DNA of 64,000 nt from a bacterium (lineage in GTDB: Bacteria; UBA8248). Where the stretch lies: positions 51,279 to 115,278 of the forward strand of contig CBDBZY010000038.1 of the NCBI GenBank assembly GCA_965213685.1. The letters are read 5' to 3'. The position numbers and the translations under genes are program-made. Within the stretch, counting starts at the first letter, position 1; each line of letters starts with the position of its first letter. The notes below the pieces were generated by a model. The model saw only the letters and a list, made by a program, of their open reading frames with translations, searched no databases and was not told the origin of the DNA. Of the stretch, positions 40,622-52,575 are shown one piece after another.

Positions 40622-40725
40622 GAACGTATTTAGTATTTACTAGACTCTCCCGCTGCGCTTTGCCAGACCACTCGCATCCAACATTGACCAACCGGCGAAC
40701 GTATTTCTCTTAAACTCTCCCGCTG
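40617..40725. repeat. Imperfect direct repeat (~34-39 bp, two copies) spanning the rnhA stop and the rnpB 5' end
   Basis: CCGGCGAACGTATTT...TA(G/A)ACTCTCCCGCTG at 40617-40655 and 40692-40725. Confidence 0.8.
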
Positions 40726-41126
40726 TCGATGGCGCGATTGGCGGCGGCGTCGGCCTCCGCGTTTTCCCCGCGGCGCACGTGGCGCACCTCCACGAAGTCG
40801 AACTCTCTGGCCGCTTTCCTCGCCCGCTCATACAAGGGTTTGAGCGCCTTGTTCCGGACGCGATACTCGCCGCGCCACTGGCGGGCCATGAGTTCAGAGT
40901 CCGTCACCACCTCCACGCTCGCGGCTCCGAGCCTCGCGGCGCGCTCCAGACCCAGCAAAAACGCCTGGTATTCCGCCACGTTGTTGGTCGCGGCGCCCAG
41001 ATACCGGATTTCCTCCGCCACGCAGTCGCCCGCGGCGTCATACAGCAAGGCGGCGGCCCCGGCCGGCCCCGGATTCCCGCGCGAGGCGCCGTCGGTGTGA
41101 ATCCGCAGGTGCCCCCTCTCGCTCAT
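40710..41126 (-). CDS. rnhA: Ribonuclease HI family protein
   Basis: TDGASRGNPG, TNNVAEY, DSEL, HVRRGENAEAD..AN. Confidence 0.93.
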   Translation of the reverse strand: MSERGHLRIHTDGASRGNPGPAGAAALLYDAAGDCVAEEIRYLGAATNNVAEYQAFLLGLERAARLGAASVEVVTDSELMARQWRGEYRVRNKALKPLYERARKAAREFDFVEVRHVRRGENAEADAAANRAIDSGRV

Positions 41127-41869
41127 TCCACGTCCGCCGACAGGCTCAACTCCGCCGTCTCGCCCTCTTCGTAGTGGAGGATGCGGCCGCAGCTCGAGCA
41201 CGTGTATATCTGCCCCTGGGAATCCCTGATCTCCAGAAAGCGCTTGATGGTCTCCGCCGTGCGGCAGCCCTGGCACGTGCGATTGACGACGGGGCAAACG
41301 GCCAGGCCTTTTCGGGTTTTCCGCAAGCCCCGGTAGCGCCGCAGCCACTCCCCGCTCACGCCGCCCGCGAGCGATTCGGACTTGTCGGTGAGCGCGCTCA
41401 ACTCCCGCTCCAGGCGCGCCTGACGATCCTCGTGCTTCCGCACCTCGCGGTGGACCCTGGTCCGCGCCGCTTCGAGCGCATCGCGCGCGCTGGCGAGCCT
41501 CTCCTCGCGGACCGGCGCGCTGTCCATGAGCTCGAGGACAACATCCTCCAGGGCGCTGATCCGCCTTTGCCAGCCCTCTATCTCCAGCCCCAGCGCCCGG
41601 TATTCTTCGTTCGTCTTGACGAGCGCCTGCTTGCTACGGGTGTCCCGCAACCCCTGGTCGAAGGACTGAATTCCGCCCTCCGCCTCGCGCAACTTTTTTT
41701 GCGAGACCTCCACATCTGTCCGGAGCTCCTCCACGGCGGCCTCGAAGCCCGCCAGATATTGCCTTTCCTTTTCCATGGAGGCGGGAATCTTGGACATCGC
41801 GTCGCGGCAGGCATCCATCCTGACATCCGTTGCCTGAAGCTCCACCAAGGCCGCCAGCTCTGGGTGCAC
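41123..41869 (-). CDS. C4-type zinc-ribbon coiled-coil protein (COG1579)
   Basis: LQ..D N-terminus, long coiled coil, CQGC...CSSCGRIL. Confidence 0.92.
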   Translation of the reverse strand: MHPELAALVELQATDVRMDACRDAMSKIPASMEKERQYLAGFEAAVEELRTDVEVSQKKLREAEGGIQSFDQGLRDTRSKQALVKTNEEYRALGLEIEGWQRRISALEDVVLELMDSAPVREERLASARDALEAARTRVHREVRKHEDRQARLERELSALTDKSESLAGGVSGEWLRRYRGLRKTRKGLAVCPVVNRTCQGCRTAETIKRFLEIRDSQGQIYTCSSCGRILHYEEGETAELSLSADVE

Positions 41870-41915
41870 TACGAAAGACTCCTCGCATCGATTCCGCCGT
41901 GAACCGGAAACCGAG

Positions 41916-41991
41916 TGGTGGGCCCACCTGGATTCGAACCAAGGACCAGCCGGTTATGAGCCGGCGGCTCTGACCGCTGAGCTATGGGCCC
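41916..41991 (-). tRNA. tRNA with CAT anticodon, most likely tRNA-Ile2 (lysidine-modified)
   Basis: GGGCCCATAGCTCAGCGGTCAGAGCCGCCGG CT CAT AA CCGGC...TTCGAATCCAGGTGGGCCCACCA. G1-C72 is paired, so it is not fMet, and it lies downstream of rpoD like E. coli ileX. Confidence 0.93.
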
Positions 41992-42112
41992 AAAATCAGC
42001 GCAACCGCCAAACGGGGCGCGACGGGATGCGGGGGCGTTCGCCGCCTCGCCGTCATCGCCTGTGAGTATATGTCCCTCCGCGCACTCCGTGTCAATCGCG
42101 CGGTGGGGCTTT

Positions 42113-43910
<1,798 letters not shown>

Positions 43911-43991
43911 TGTTCGACTCCTTTCACCTTGTGGGTCCGTTCCACTCCTCCGAATCCGTCCAGGTTTCCGTCTTCCCCAACCCCAAACGCC

Positions 43992-45879
43992 TCAACGCGG
44001 AGACGCCGCTCGCTGCCGCTCCCGCAGGAGCGCGTTTTTCCGCTCCAGCAATTTCCACAGATTGGGGGAATCCTCCCCCTCCTCCCTGCGCGTCCGCTCG
44101 ATGCGCTTCAGCAAATCCTCTTCCTGCTTTCGGCGACGACGCTCCCGGAGCCTCCCGACGCAATCGAGCAACTCCGCCTCCACGTCGTCGGGCGCCACCT
44201 CCACGACGGCCAACTCCACCACGAGTGCGCGCGCGGCGGGGTTCTCCAGCCTGTCCGCCAGGGAGGCCGGCGTAAGCGAAGCCGCCCCCGGCGCCTTCAT
44301 GAGGAAGAGCGCCTCGTTCACCGCCGGGTCGGTTATCAGGTCGTCGGGCACCTCGGACGCCAGCACCGGCCGCATGAGCAAAAGCTGCAAGGCGTCCAGC
44401 TCGACTTTGGGGCGCCCGACGCTCCCGCCCAGCAGGTTGACCTGCTCGCGCTCCCGATGGGGCGGGCGCTCGCGAGCGTCTTCCGCCAGCATGCGCCGCG
44501 TCATGGAGGCCAGCGTGGGATAGGGAATCCCGAGCTGATCTTCCAGCAAGGCGAAATATTGTTCCTGAACGCTCCGGTGGCAAGCCCCCAGGATGGGCAA
44601 AAGCCGCCGGATCGCCTCGATCTTCTCCGTCTGGCCCGCCCCGGCGGCGACTCCGGGCCATCGCAGTCCTGACGGTATTCTCCAGAATTCCCTCCGCCGA
44701 GGAGAGAATCCGGGCGAAATCATCCGCCCCGTTTTCCTGAAAAAACGCATCGACATCCTGGCCTTCGGGCAGGTTCACCACCCGGAGGCGCACGGCGCCC
44801 GACCCGTCGCGATCGATAAAATCCTTTCGCAGGACATCGCTCGCCACCAGTTGATCGGGCGCGCCCGCCAGGCCGAGCATCCCGCCCGCCACGGAGCCCG
44901 CGCGCTGGGACGCGGCGCGGCCGGCGGCGTCCGAGTCGAAGACGAATACGAGTTCCTCGGCGTGCGCCCGCAGGGTGCGGATGTGATCGGACGTCAGCGC
45001 GGTGCCGAGGGGCGCCACGGCTTCCGGGAAACCGTGCTGCCAGAGGGATACGACGTCGAAATACCCTTCCGTCACCAAGGCGCTCCTCTTCTGGCGAATC
45101 GACTCCCTGGCCTCATGGAAACCATACAAGGCCCTTCCTTTCTTGAAAACGGCCGTATCCGGCGAATTCACGTATTTCGCGGTGGCGTGCTGCGGCTCGC
45201 TGTCGGGCAACGACCGCCCGCCAAAGCCCACTATCTCGCCATCGTGGTTCCGGATGGGAAACATGATGCGGTCCCGAAAGCGATCGTAGAACCCGCCGCC
45301 ATTCTCGCGCCGCACCGCGAGGCCCGCCTCCGCCAGCCCATCGGGAGACACTCCCTTGCGCCCGGCTCCCTTGATGAGGGAATCCCAGCGCGGCGGCACA
45401 TACCCGATGTGAAACCTCTCGACCGCCGCATCCGTGACGCCGCGCCCGGCCAGATACCGCCGGCCCCTCTCCCCCGGGCCGCTGCGCAGCGCCGCTCTGA
45501 AAAAATCGGCCGCCACGCGGTTGGTGGCCAACACCTCCCGCCGCGCATCCGGCTTTGGGGCGCCTCCCGCAGAAGACTCCTCATAGCGGGAGATGTCGAT
45601 GCCCTGGCGCCTCGCCAGGTTCGAGAGCGCCTCCGGGAAGCTCATGCCCTCGTGCTGCATCAGAAACTGAAAGGCGTTGCCCCCCGCCCCGCATCCAAAA
45701 CATTTGTAGATGCCCATGCGCGGGTTCACGTGGAACGAGGGCGTCTTCTCGTCATGGAACGGACAAAGCCCCCTGTAGTTCGCCCCCGCTTTCCTGAGCC
45801 GCACGAAATCGCCGATGACGTCTTCTATCGGGACGCCGTCTCTTATCCGATCCACCACATCATCCGGAACCCGTCCCAT
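43992..45879 (-). CDS. dnaG: DNA primase (frameshift near 44650)
   Basis: CPFH.EKTPSF...CFGC zinc finger, DRFRDRIMFPI, KYVNSP, EGYFDV, FDSDAAG. Confidence 0.95.
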
Positions 45880-45909
45880 CTCACCGCCCTCACATCCCGA
45901 AGCGCCGCG

Positions 45910-48267
45910 TCAGCGCAGGGCCAGCTCCACGTGGGTGACCCCCCAGTCTCCCTCCTCCGGCCGCGCGGGGCCGAACCTCGACACCAGGGCATGGCCCCGC
46001 AATCGCTCCGCGATCACCCGGGAGAGAACCCCCTCGCCCTTTCCGTGAACGATGCGAACCGAGGCGATTCCCAGGAGCGCCGCGTCGTCGAGATATTTCT
46101 CCAGCATCTCGAGGGCGCGCCCGGCGCGCTCGCCGCGCAGCTGCAGCTCGGGCGAGAAGCCATCCCCCCGCGACGCGACGTCGTGCGTCACCACGACCTG
46201 GGAGGGAGGCGCACCCGACGACGCCCCGTCCAGAACCTCCACCGCGTGGGAAGCGAGGCGCAGGGATTTTCCGTTGACCGCCACGGTCATCTCGTCCTCT
46301 CCGTGCAGGGCGGACACCTCGCCCGTGCAATTCATGAGCGGGACGCGCACCCTGTCGCCCACGCGACAGAAAACCGGCGCGCGCACAGCCTCCGGCTCCC
46401 GCGCCGGGGGGAGCGCCTCCTGGACCCTGGCGCTCATCTCGCGGATGCGCTCGCGCGCGATTCTCCTGGCCTCCTCCATCCCGCGCGCCGCGCGCACCTC
46501 GTTCAGCACCTGATCGGCCCCGAGCCGCAGCTCCTTCAAGAGGCGGGCCGCCTCCTCGCTCCTCTGCCGCGCCTCCTCGCGCATCCGGCCCTCCAGAGCC
46601 CTCCGCTCGGCTTCGACCTCCGCCCGGGCGGCCTCCAGGGCGGCTTCTTTCTCGGCAATCCCGCGCTCCTGCGCGGAGAGATTCGCCATCAGCCGATCCA
46701 GCGGAACCGGCCCTTTTCGCAGCAGCGCGTCCGCGCGCGCCAGCACGGATTCCGGCAAACCCATATTCCTGGCCACCGACATGGCGTTGCTCGGCCCCGC
46801 CGCCCCCATCCGGATCCGGTAGGTGGGGGAGAGGTCGTCGGCGTTGAACTCCACCGAAGCGTTCTCGGCATGCCCGGCGGCATACGCATAATGCTTCAGC
46901 GCGTCGTGATGCGTCGTCACGACGCAAAGCGCGCCGCTCGACGCCAAATGCTCCAGCACGGAGACGCCGATGGCGGATCCCTCCGCCGGGTCGGTGCCGG
47001 AGCCCAGCTCGTCCAGGAGCACGAGCGCGCCCGCGTCCGCCTCGCGCACCGCGCGCGAGACGCGCGCCATGTGGCCCGAGAAAGTGCTCAGGTTCTGATG
47101 GATGTCCTGCTCGTCGCCGATGTCGGCAAACAGCGTCTTGACGAGGGGCAGCGCGCTCTCGGGCGCGGCCGGTATGGGGACGCCGCACTGGTGGAGCGCC
47201 ACGCAAAGGCCCACCGTCTTGAGCGCCACGGTCTTGCCGCCCGTGTTGGGGCCCGTGATGAGGAGCTGGCGGGCTCCGCCGCCGCCCACCTCTAGGTCGA
47301 TGGGCACCACCCGATCCGGGGGCGGCGCGCCTGCGCCCGCCGCGAGAAGCGGATGGCGCGCGCCCCGGAGCCGGATTCCTCCGTCCGCGCTCCCCTGCGC
47401 GCGGGCGCCACGCCAATCCCTCCCCAGGCGCCCTTTGGCGCAGATGAGGTCGAGCGCCGCCAGGCACTTCACCAGATGGGCGATGGCCTCGCGCCCCGCC
47501 ATGACCTCCGCGGTCAGCGCGCGCAGGATTCTCTCCACCTCCGCGCGTTCGGCCTCGCGCTCGGTGGCGATGGCGTTATTGACGGGCACCGCCGAAAGCG
47601 GCTCGACAAACAGCGTCTCCCCGCTGCCGGAGCGGTCCTGAATCACGCCCTCGAACGAGCGCCGGAAAGCCGTTTTCGCGGGAATCAGATACCGCTCGCG
47701 CCGCTGGACGATCAGGTTTTCCTGAATCGCGTCCGGATGCGCGGCCATCACCCGATCCAGCAGGCGCCGGATTTCCGCCCGCAGCGCGCGCCGCCTCGCC
47801 CTGGACGCCTGCAGCTGCGGGCTCGCGTCGTCGCGCACCTCGCCGCGCTCATCGAGAACGCGCCGGATCCGCGCGGCGAGGGGACGCTGCAGGTCCGCCC
47901 CGCACATGCGCATCCTGAGCCTGGGCAGCCTGTCGGCGCGCTCCTCCACGAAGCGGTGCGCGTCGGAGGCGAGGCGCAGCAACGAGAGGATGGACAAGAA
48001 TTTCCCGCCCTCCAGGTTGCCGCCGCGGCGCCGGACGTCCTCCAGCCATTCCACCGGATCGTCAAAGGCGGCCAACGGAACGGACTCCCCAGCACCGAGG
48101 AGGGACAATGCCTCATCCGTCTCGTCGAGCAGGGCGTCGACCTCGGAGGACGAGGCGGCCGGAACGAGGCGGGCCGCCGCGCGCGCACCGGACGCGCAGA
48201 CGCAACGAGCCGCCAGCAACTCCAGCACGCTCGCGAATTCAATGCCTTGCAGGGTACGGCTGTCCAT
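45910..48267 (-). CDS. mutS2: MutS2 endonuclease (Smr domain)
   Basis: ITGPNTGGKT, DIGDEQ...LSTFSGH, LLDELGSGTDP.EG, IVHGKGEG. Confidence 0.96.
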   Translation of the reverse strand: MDSRTLQGIEFASVLELLAARCVCASGARAAARLVPAASSSEVDALLDETDEALSLLGAGESVPLAAFDDPVEWLEDVRRRGGNLEGGKFLSILSLLRLASDAHRFVEERADRLPRLRMRMCGADLQRPLAARIRRVLDERGEVRDDASPQLQASRARRRALRAEIRRLLDRVMAAHPDAIQENLIVQRRERYLIPAKTAFRRSFEGVIQDRSGSGETLFVEPLSAVPVNNAIATEREAERAEVERILRALTAEVMAGREAIAHLVKCLAALDLICAKGRLGRDWRGARAQGSADGGIRLRGARHPLLAAGAGAPPPDRVVPIDLEVGGGGARQLLITGPNTGGKTVALKTVGLCVALHQCGVPIPAAPESALPLVKTLFADIGDEQDIHQNLSTFSGHMARVSRAVREADAGALVLLDELGSGTDPAEGSAIGVSVLEHLASSGALCVVTTHHDALKHYAYAAGHAENASVEFNADDLSPTYRIRMGAAGPSNAMSVARNMGLPESVLARADALLRKGPVPLDRLMANLSAQERGIAEKEAALEAARAEVEAERRALEGRMREEARQRSEEAARLLKELRLGADQVLNEVRAARGMEEARRIARERIREMSARVQEALPPAREPEAVRAPVFCRVGDRVRVPLMNCTGEVSALHGEDEMTVAVNGKSLRLASHAVEVLDGASSGAPPSQVVVTHDVASRGDGFSPELQLRGERAGRALEMLEKYLDDAALLGIASVRIVHGKGEGVLSRVIAERLRGHALVSRFGPARPEEGDWGVTHVELALR

Positions 48268-48517
48268 CCACCACCGTCCAGGGATAAGTGATTTCGCTAT
48301 AATGGGGGCGAGGAGTTCTCAGGCGTCGTTGCCGGGGCCGACGCTCCCGCCCCCGGCAACGATCGCGCATTCTCCGCACACGCCCGCCCCAGGCCTCGAT
48401 GACGCCGCCCGGCTTCGGGCGCGCTTCCTCTGAGGCAGCGGCCGCGCATGATGCGACCGGCCACCGCGTCGGAGCGCAAAAGGGCGTTTTCTCCAATCCT
48501 GCCCGCATGACGGGCGC

Positions 48518-48751
48518 GACGCCTCTCCAGCAGGCAGATTCAGCAGGCAAGCCTCTCTGGAATCAGTCGGGAGCACCGACGGGGCGAGGCGGCGTCCGGA
48601 GTCCTTCCCCCTGGTCGCCTTTCCGGATGGCGCCGGACACGGGACGACCATGGGGCAGAACAAGCGGGGACGACTCCGTCATCCCGTATCTTTTTGATAT
48701 ACAAAAACTTGCGAACGCCAACCGGGCGGCTCATCCACGTTGCGAGGCGTC
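48518..48751 (-). ncRNA. Candidate structured ncRNA with 6S-RNA-like rod and central bubble
   Basis: Begins just after TTGACA-N17-TATATT. Hand-identified nested pairings give a long irregular hairpin of ~200-230 nt with an A-rich central bubble (see findings). Confidence 0.6.
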
Positions 48752-48759
48752 AGGGGATC

Positions 48760-48788
48760 AATATAGGAACCTGGGCTCCAATTGTCAA
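48760..48788 (-). promoter_or_regulatory. Strong sigma70 promoter between hisIE and mutS2
   Basis: TTGACA (48783-48788)-N17-TATATT (48760-48765), with AT-rich UP-like sequence upstream. Confidence 0.75.
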
Positions 48789-48849
48789 ACATAATGAAAA
48801 TAACGAAAGTTCTCGACGGTCGGCCAATCCCCTGCGGTGCGAGGCGCTC

Positions 48850-49524
48850 CTATCTTTCGGATTCGGGCCTGCCCCCGCGCCCGAACCGGCGGGCGAGTTC
48901 CGCAAAAACCCGACCGGGCGGAACCCCGCGCGCGGCCAGGCCCACCAGGGTGTGGAACCACAAATCGGCCACCTCGTCCGTTATCGCGTCAGCCTCGCCG
49001 CCCTTCATCGCCAGGACGACTTCCGTGGCCTCCTCCCCGATTTTCCTCAATATCCGGTCCTCCCCGCCGGCGAACAGGCGCGCCACGTAGCTCGCGTCCG
49101 CGTCGTTCGCGGCTTTTCTCTCCAGGATCAACCGGTAAATCGACTCGAGCAGGTTCTGATCAAAAGGAAGCGCCGGCTCCTCCTCTCCGCGCGCAGGCGT
49201 CGGCAGTTCGGTGAAAAAACACGACATGCGGTTCGTGTGACAAGCGGGCCCGTCCGGCTGGACGACAAACACCAGCGCATCCGCGTCGCAATCGAGCCGC
49301 GCCGACACCAGGCGCAAATAATTCCCCGAGGTTTCCCCCTTGTGCCAGAGCGCCGCGCGGGAGCGAGACCAGAAATGGACGGTTCCCTTCGCCAGCGTGA
49401 GGCGGAGCGACTCCTCGTTCACCCAGGCGAGGGTCAGGACTTGCCCCGTCCGCGCATCCTGGCAGATGGCGGGAGCGAGCCCCTCCTCGTTCCACCGGAT
49501 GGCGGGGATTTTCACCTCGCTCAC
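48850..49524 (-). CDS. hisIE: Bifunctional PR-AMP cyclohydrolase/PR-ATP pyrophosphatase
   Basis: [20 protein letters not shown]...SCF; [15 protein letters not shown]. Confidence 0.96.
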   Translation of the reverse strand: MSEVKIPAIRWNEEGLAPAICQDARTGQVLTLAWVNEESLRLTLAKGTVHFWSRSRAALWHKGETSGNYLRLVSARLDCDADALVFVVQPDGPACHTNRMSCFFTELPTPARGEEEPALPFDQNLLESIYRLILERKAANDADASYVARLFAGGEDRILRKIGEEATEVVLAMKGGEADAITDEVADLWFHTLVGLAARGVPPGRVFAELARRFGRGGRPESER

Positions 49525-50285
49525 AGCCGCACCTCCACGCCGCGCTCCCGCAGGTAGGTTTTCACCTCCCCGACGGAATAATCGCCAAAATGAAAGATGG
49601 AGGCGGCCAGAACGGCGTCGGCGCAGCCCTCCGCCAGGCCTTCGTACAAATGCGCCAGATTCCCCACGCCGCCCGAAGCGATGACGGGCACGCCCACCCG
49701 CTCGGCAATCGTGCGCGTGAGCGCCAGATCATACCCGTCCTTGGTTCCGTCCCTGTCCATGCTGGTCAGGAGAATCTCGCCCGCTCCCAGCGCGCAGGCC
49801 TCCTCCGCCCACGCCACGGCGTCCCTGCCGGTGGGGCGCGAGCCCCCATGCGTGTACGCCTCCCACCTCGGCGCGTCGCCCGAGGCGCGCTTGGCGTCTA
49901 TGGCGCACACGATGGTGGAGCTCCCGAAGCGCTCCGCCGACCGCTTGAGGACGCCCGGGTCCCGGAGCGCCGCGCTGTTGATGCTCACCTTGTCCGCTCC
50001 CGCCCGCAACAAGTCGCGCACGTCGCCCTCCTCGCGCACGCCGCCGCCCACCGTGAGCGGAACGAACACCCGCTCGGCCGTGCGGCGCACCATGTCGAGG
50101 AGGGTGCCGCGCTTCTCCTTCGACGCGGTGATGTCCAGAAAACAGATCTCGTCCGCCCCCATTTCATCGTAATGGGCGGCGCACTCCACCGGGTCGCCCG
50201 CATCGCGCAGTCCCTCGAAATTCACCCCCTTCACGACCCGGCCCTCCTTGACGTCGAGACAGGGAATGATCCGCTTGGCTAGCAA
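49521..50285 (-). CDS. hisF: Imidazole glycerol phosphate synthase cyclase subunit
   Basis: [34 protein letters not shown]. Confidence 0.97.
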   Translation of the reverse strand: MLAKRIIPCLDVKEGRVVKGVNFEGLRDAGDPVECAAHYDEMGADEICFLDITASKEKRGTLLDMVRRTAERVFVPLTVGGGVREEGDVRDLLRAGADKVSINSAALRDPGVLKRSAERFGSSTIVCAIDAKRASGDAPRWEAYTHGGSRPTGRDAVAWAEEACALGAGEILLTSMDRDGTKDGYDLALTRTIAERVGVPVIASGGVGNLAHLYEGLAEGCADAVLAASIFHFGDYSVGEVKTYLRERGVEVRL

Positions 50286-51010
50286 GAGAGCATCTCCAGC
50301 GCCTGGGCGAAATCCATGGTCCCCTCATAGAGGGCGCGGCCCACGACGGCGCCGACGACGCCCCTCTCCTCCAGGGGAATCAGCTTCTCCACGTCCTCGA
50401 GCCTGCTCACCCCCCCCGCCGCGATGACGGGCAGGCCGCAGGCCTCGGCGAGTGCGGCGGCGGGCCGGGGGTCGAAGCCCTCCAGGGTGCCGTCCCGGCG
50501 GATGTCGGTAAAGACGACTCCCGCTAGGGGGAGATCGGCGAAGCGGCTCGCCAGGGAGGCGGGCGATACGGCGTCTCCCTCCTCCCAGCCGGCGATGCGG
50601 ACCTCTCCGTCCCTGGCGTCCACCCCCAAAAGAATTTTGCCGGGGTGGCTCTCGGCCGCCGACGCGAGAAATTGCGGATTCCTCAGCGCGCTCGTCCCGA
50701 GGATGACGAAACTCGCGCCCGCGTCGAGGACGGCGCCGAGCGATTCCTCCGAACGCACGCCGCCTCCGAACTCCACGGGAATCTCGACCGCACGCGCCAC
50801 CTCGGCCAGAACGCCGATGTGGGCGGGCGCGCCGTCAAAGGCGCCGTCGAGGTCGATGAGATGAAGGCGCCGCGCCCCCTGTGCCGCCCAGCGCAAAGCC
50901 CACGCCACGGGGTCGTCGCCATAGACGATCTCCCGCCCCCGCTGGCCCTGAATGAGCCGCACGCACTTGCCGCCCTTGAGATCAACCGCCGGAATGAGAA
51001 GCACGCCCAC
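50279..51010 (-). CDS. hisA: ProFAR isomerase
   Basis: [38 protein letters not shown]. Confidence 0.96.
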   Translation of the reverse strand: MGVLLIPAVDLKGGKCVRLIQGQRGREIVYGDDPVAWALRWAAQGARRLHLIDLDGAFDGAPAHIGVLAEVARAVEIPVEFGGGVRSEESLGAVLDAGASFVILGTSALRNPQFLASAAESHPGKILLGVDARDGEVRIAGWEEGDAVSPASLASRFADLPLAGVVFTDIRRDGTLEGFDPRPAAALAEACGLPVIAAGGVSRLEDVEKLIPLEERGVVGAVVGRALYEGTMDFAQALEMLSC

Positions 51011-51185
51011 CTCGCGCGGGGATGAATGTTGCGTTTCTTTGCGCTCTCCTTAAACCCAAACGGATTTTATTGCAAACGCCTGGAGAGGCGCTCCGCCCAG
51101 CCGGGCGCGGGGAGGAGGGGGAGGCGGCGGAACGCGCGCCGGCCCGGAATCGGGGGACGATGCGGCCGGCGTCCGACCCCCCCCC

Positions 51186-51848
51186 TTACGGGGAACGGCG
51201 CCCGCCACAGATGTCGGCGAATTTTCTCAGGATTCCCAGGCCGAGCGCGCCGCTCTTCTCGGGGTGGAACTGGGTGGCGAACAGGTTGGCCTTGCGGACG
51301 CTGGCGATGAAGGACACGCCGAACTCGCAAGTCGACGCAATCCAGGGCCACGCCTCCTCGGACGGCTCCGCGTAGTAGGAGTGAACGAAATAGAAATAAG
51401 CCCCCTGCGGCACCCCGGCGAGAAGCGGAGACGGACGATGAAACCGGGGCTGGTTCCACCCCATGTGCGGAACCTTGAGGGGCAGCGTTCCACCGCCCCC
51501 CGTCATGCCCTCGGGAAAGCGCCGCACGCGCCCGGGCAGAACCCCCAGCCCCGGCGTGGCGCCGAACTCCTCGCTCTCCTCAAAGAGGATCTGGAGGCCC
51601 AGGCATATCCCCAGATAGGGGACGCCCCGATCCATCGCACGGCGCAGGGGCCCGGTGAGATCGGCGTCCTCCAGGGCGCCCATGCACTCGGGAAAGCCGC
51701 CCACGCCCGGCAGGATGATGCCCTTCGCCTCGCCCAGTGCCTCGGGCTCTCGGCTCAGCGTCGCCCGCGCGCCGATTTTGGCGAGGGCGTTGCGCACGCT
51801 CCGGACGTTTCCCATGCCGTAGTCGACGATGACGATCTCCGCAGCCAT
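51186..51848 (-). CDS. hisH: IGP synthase glutamine amidotransferase subunit
   Basis: DYGMGN, LPGVG, GICLG, VPHMGWN, YFVHSY, QFHPEKS. Confidence 0.97.
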   Translation of the reverse strand: MAAEIVIVDYGMGNVRSVRNALAKIGARATLSREPEALGEAKGIILPGVGGFPECMGALEDADLTGPLRRAMDRGVPYLGICLGLQILFEESEEFGATPGLGVLPGRVRRFPEGMTGGGGTLPLKVPHMGWNQPRFHRPSPLLAGVPQGAYFYFVHSYYAEPSEEAWPWIASTCEFGVSFIASVRKANLFATQFHPEKSGALGLGILRKFADICGGRRSP

Positions 51849-51904
51849 GCCCGCCCGCCAGGATGATGGCGCCCGGAAGAGATTCCCGGCAAAACGCCGA
51901 TTCC

Positions 51905-52507
51905 CTACAAAACGCCCTTGGTGCTGGGGACGCCCGCCTCTCTCGGGTCGAGCGCGACGCCCGCCCGCAACGCCCGCGCAAAGCCCTTGAAGACGGCCTC
52001 GACCATGTGGTGGCCGTTATCCCCGTAGCAGACCTCCACGTGGAGGTCCGCCCCCGCGTGGGTCGCCACGGACCAGAAGAACTCGCGCACGAGTGCGGTG
52101 TCGAACCCGCCGATTCGCGCTTCGGGGAACCTCCCGCGAAAGAGGAGGTTGCCCCGTCCGCCGAAATCCGCCGCCACCTGGACGAGCGCATCCATCATGG
52201 GCAGGCGCACGTCGGCGTAGCGGGCGATCCCCGCCCGGTCTCCCAGCGCCTTCGAGAGCGCCTGGCCGAAGACGATGCCGACATCCTCCACCGTGTGGTG
52301 GGCGTCGACGTCGAGGTCCCCCTCCCCGCGAACGGCGAGGTCCACCAGTCCGTGGCGGGCGATTTGGGAGAGCATGTGATCGAAAAAACCAACCCCGGTG
52401 CTGATTTGGGCCGCACCCGCGCCATCGAGATGGATGGCGACGGAAAAGTCGGTCTCCTTCGTTTTTCTGCTCACGCGGGCTCTTCTGTCCCTGGGCTTCG
52501 ACGCCAA
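51905..52507 (-). CDS. hisB: Imidazoleglycerol-phosphate dehydratase
   Basis: [34 protein letters not shown]. Confidence 0.96.
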   Translation of the reverse strand: MASKPRDRRARVSRKTKETDFSVAIHLDGAGAAQISTGVGFFDHMLSQIARHGLVDLAVRGEGDLDVDAHHTVEDVGIVFGQALSKALGDRAGIARYADVRLPMMDALVQVAADFGGRGNLLFRGRFPEARIGGFDTALVREFFWSVATHAGADLHVEVCYGDNGHHMVEAVFKGFARALRAGVALDPREAGVPSTKGVL

Positions 52508-52575
52508 CTTCTCTCTCCCCCGGCGGGTGGAGCCTCCCGACGCCGCTGCGGACGCGGCGTCCTGGCGAAGGGGGA

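Noticed and set aside
48298-48362. + strand TATAAT followed by GGGGGCG as a tmRNA start
   Set aside because: No TTCGA T-loop-like or CCA end, no tag ORF and a poor -35; only a 12-bp hairpin (48326-48362) is present.
48550-48600. Glycine-riboswitch-like words on the + strand (CTCTGGA...CACCGACGGGGC)
   Set aside because: No CTCTCAGG element, no + strand gene downstream, and the region is better explained by the minus-strand RNA.
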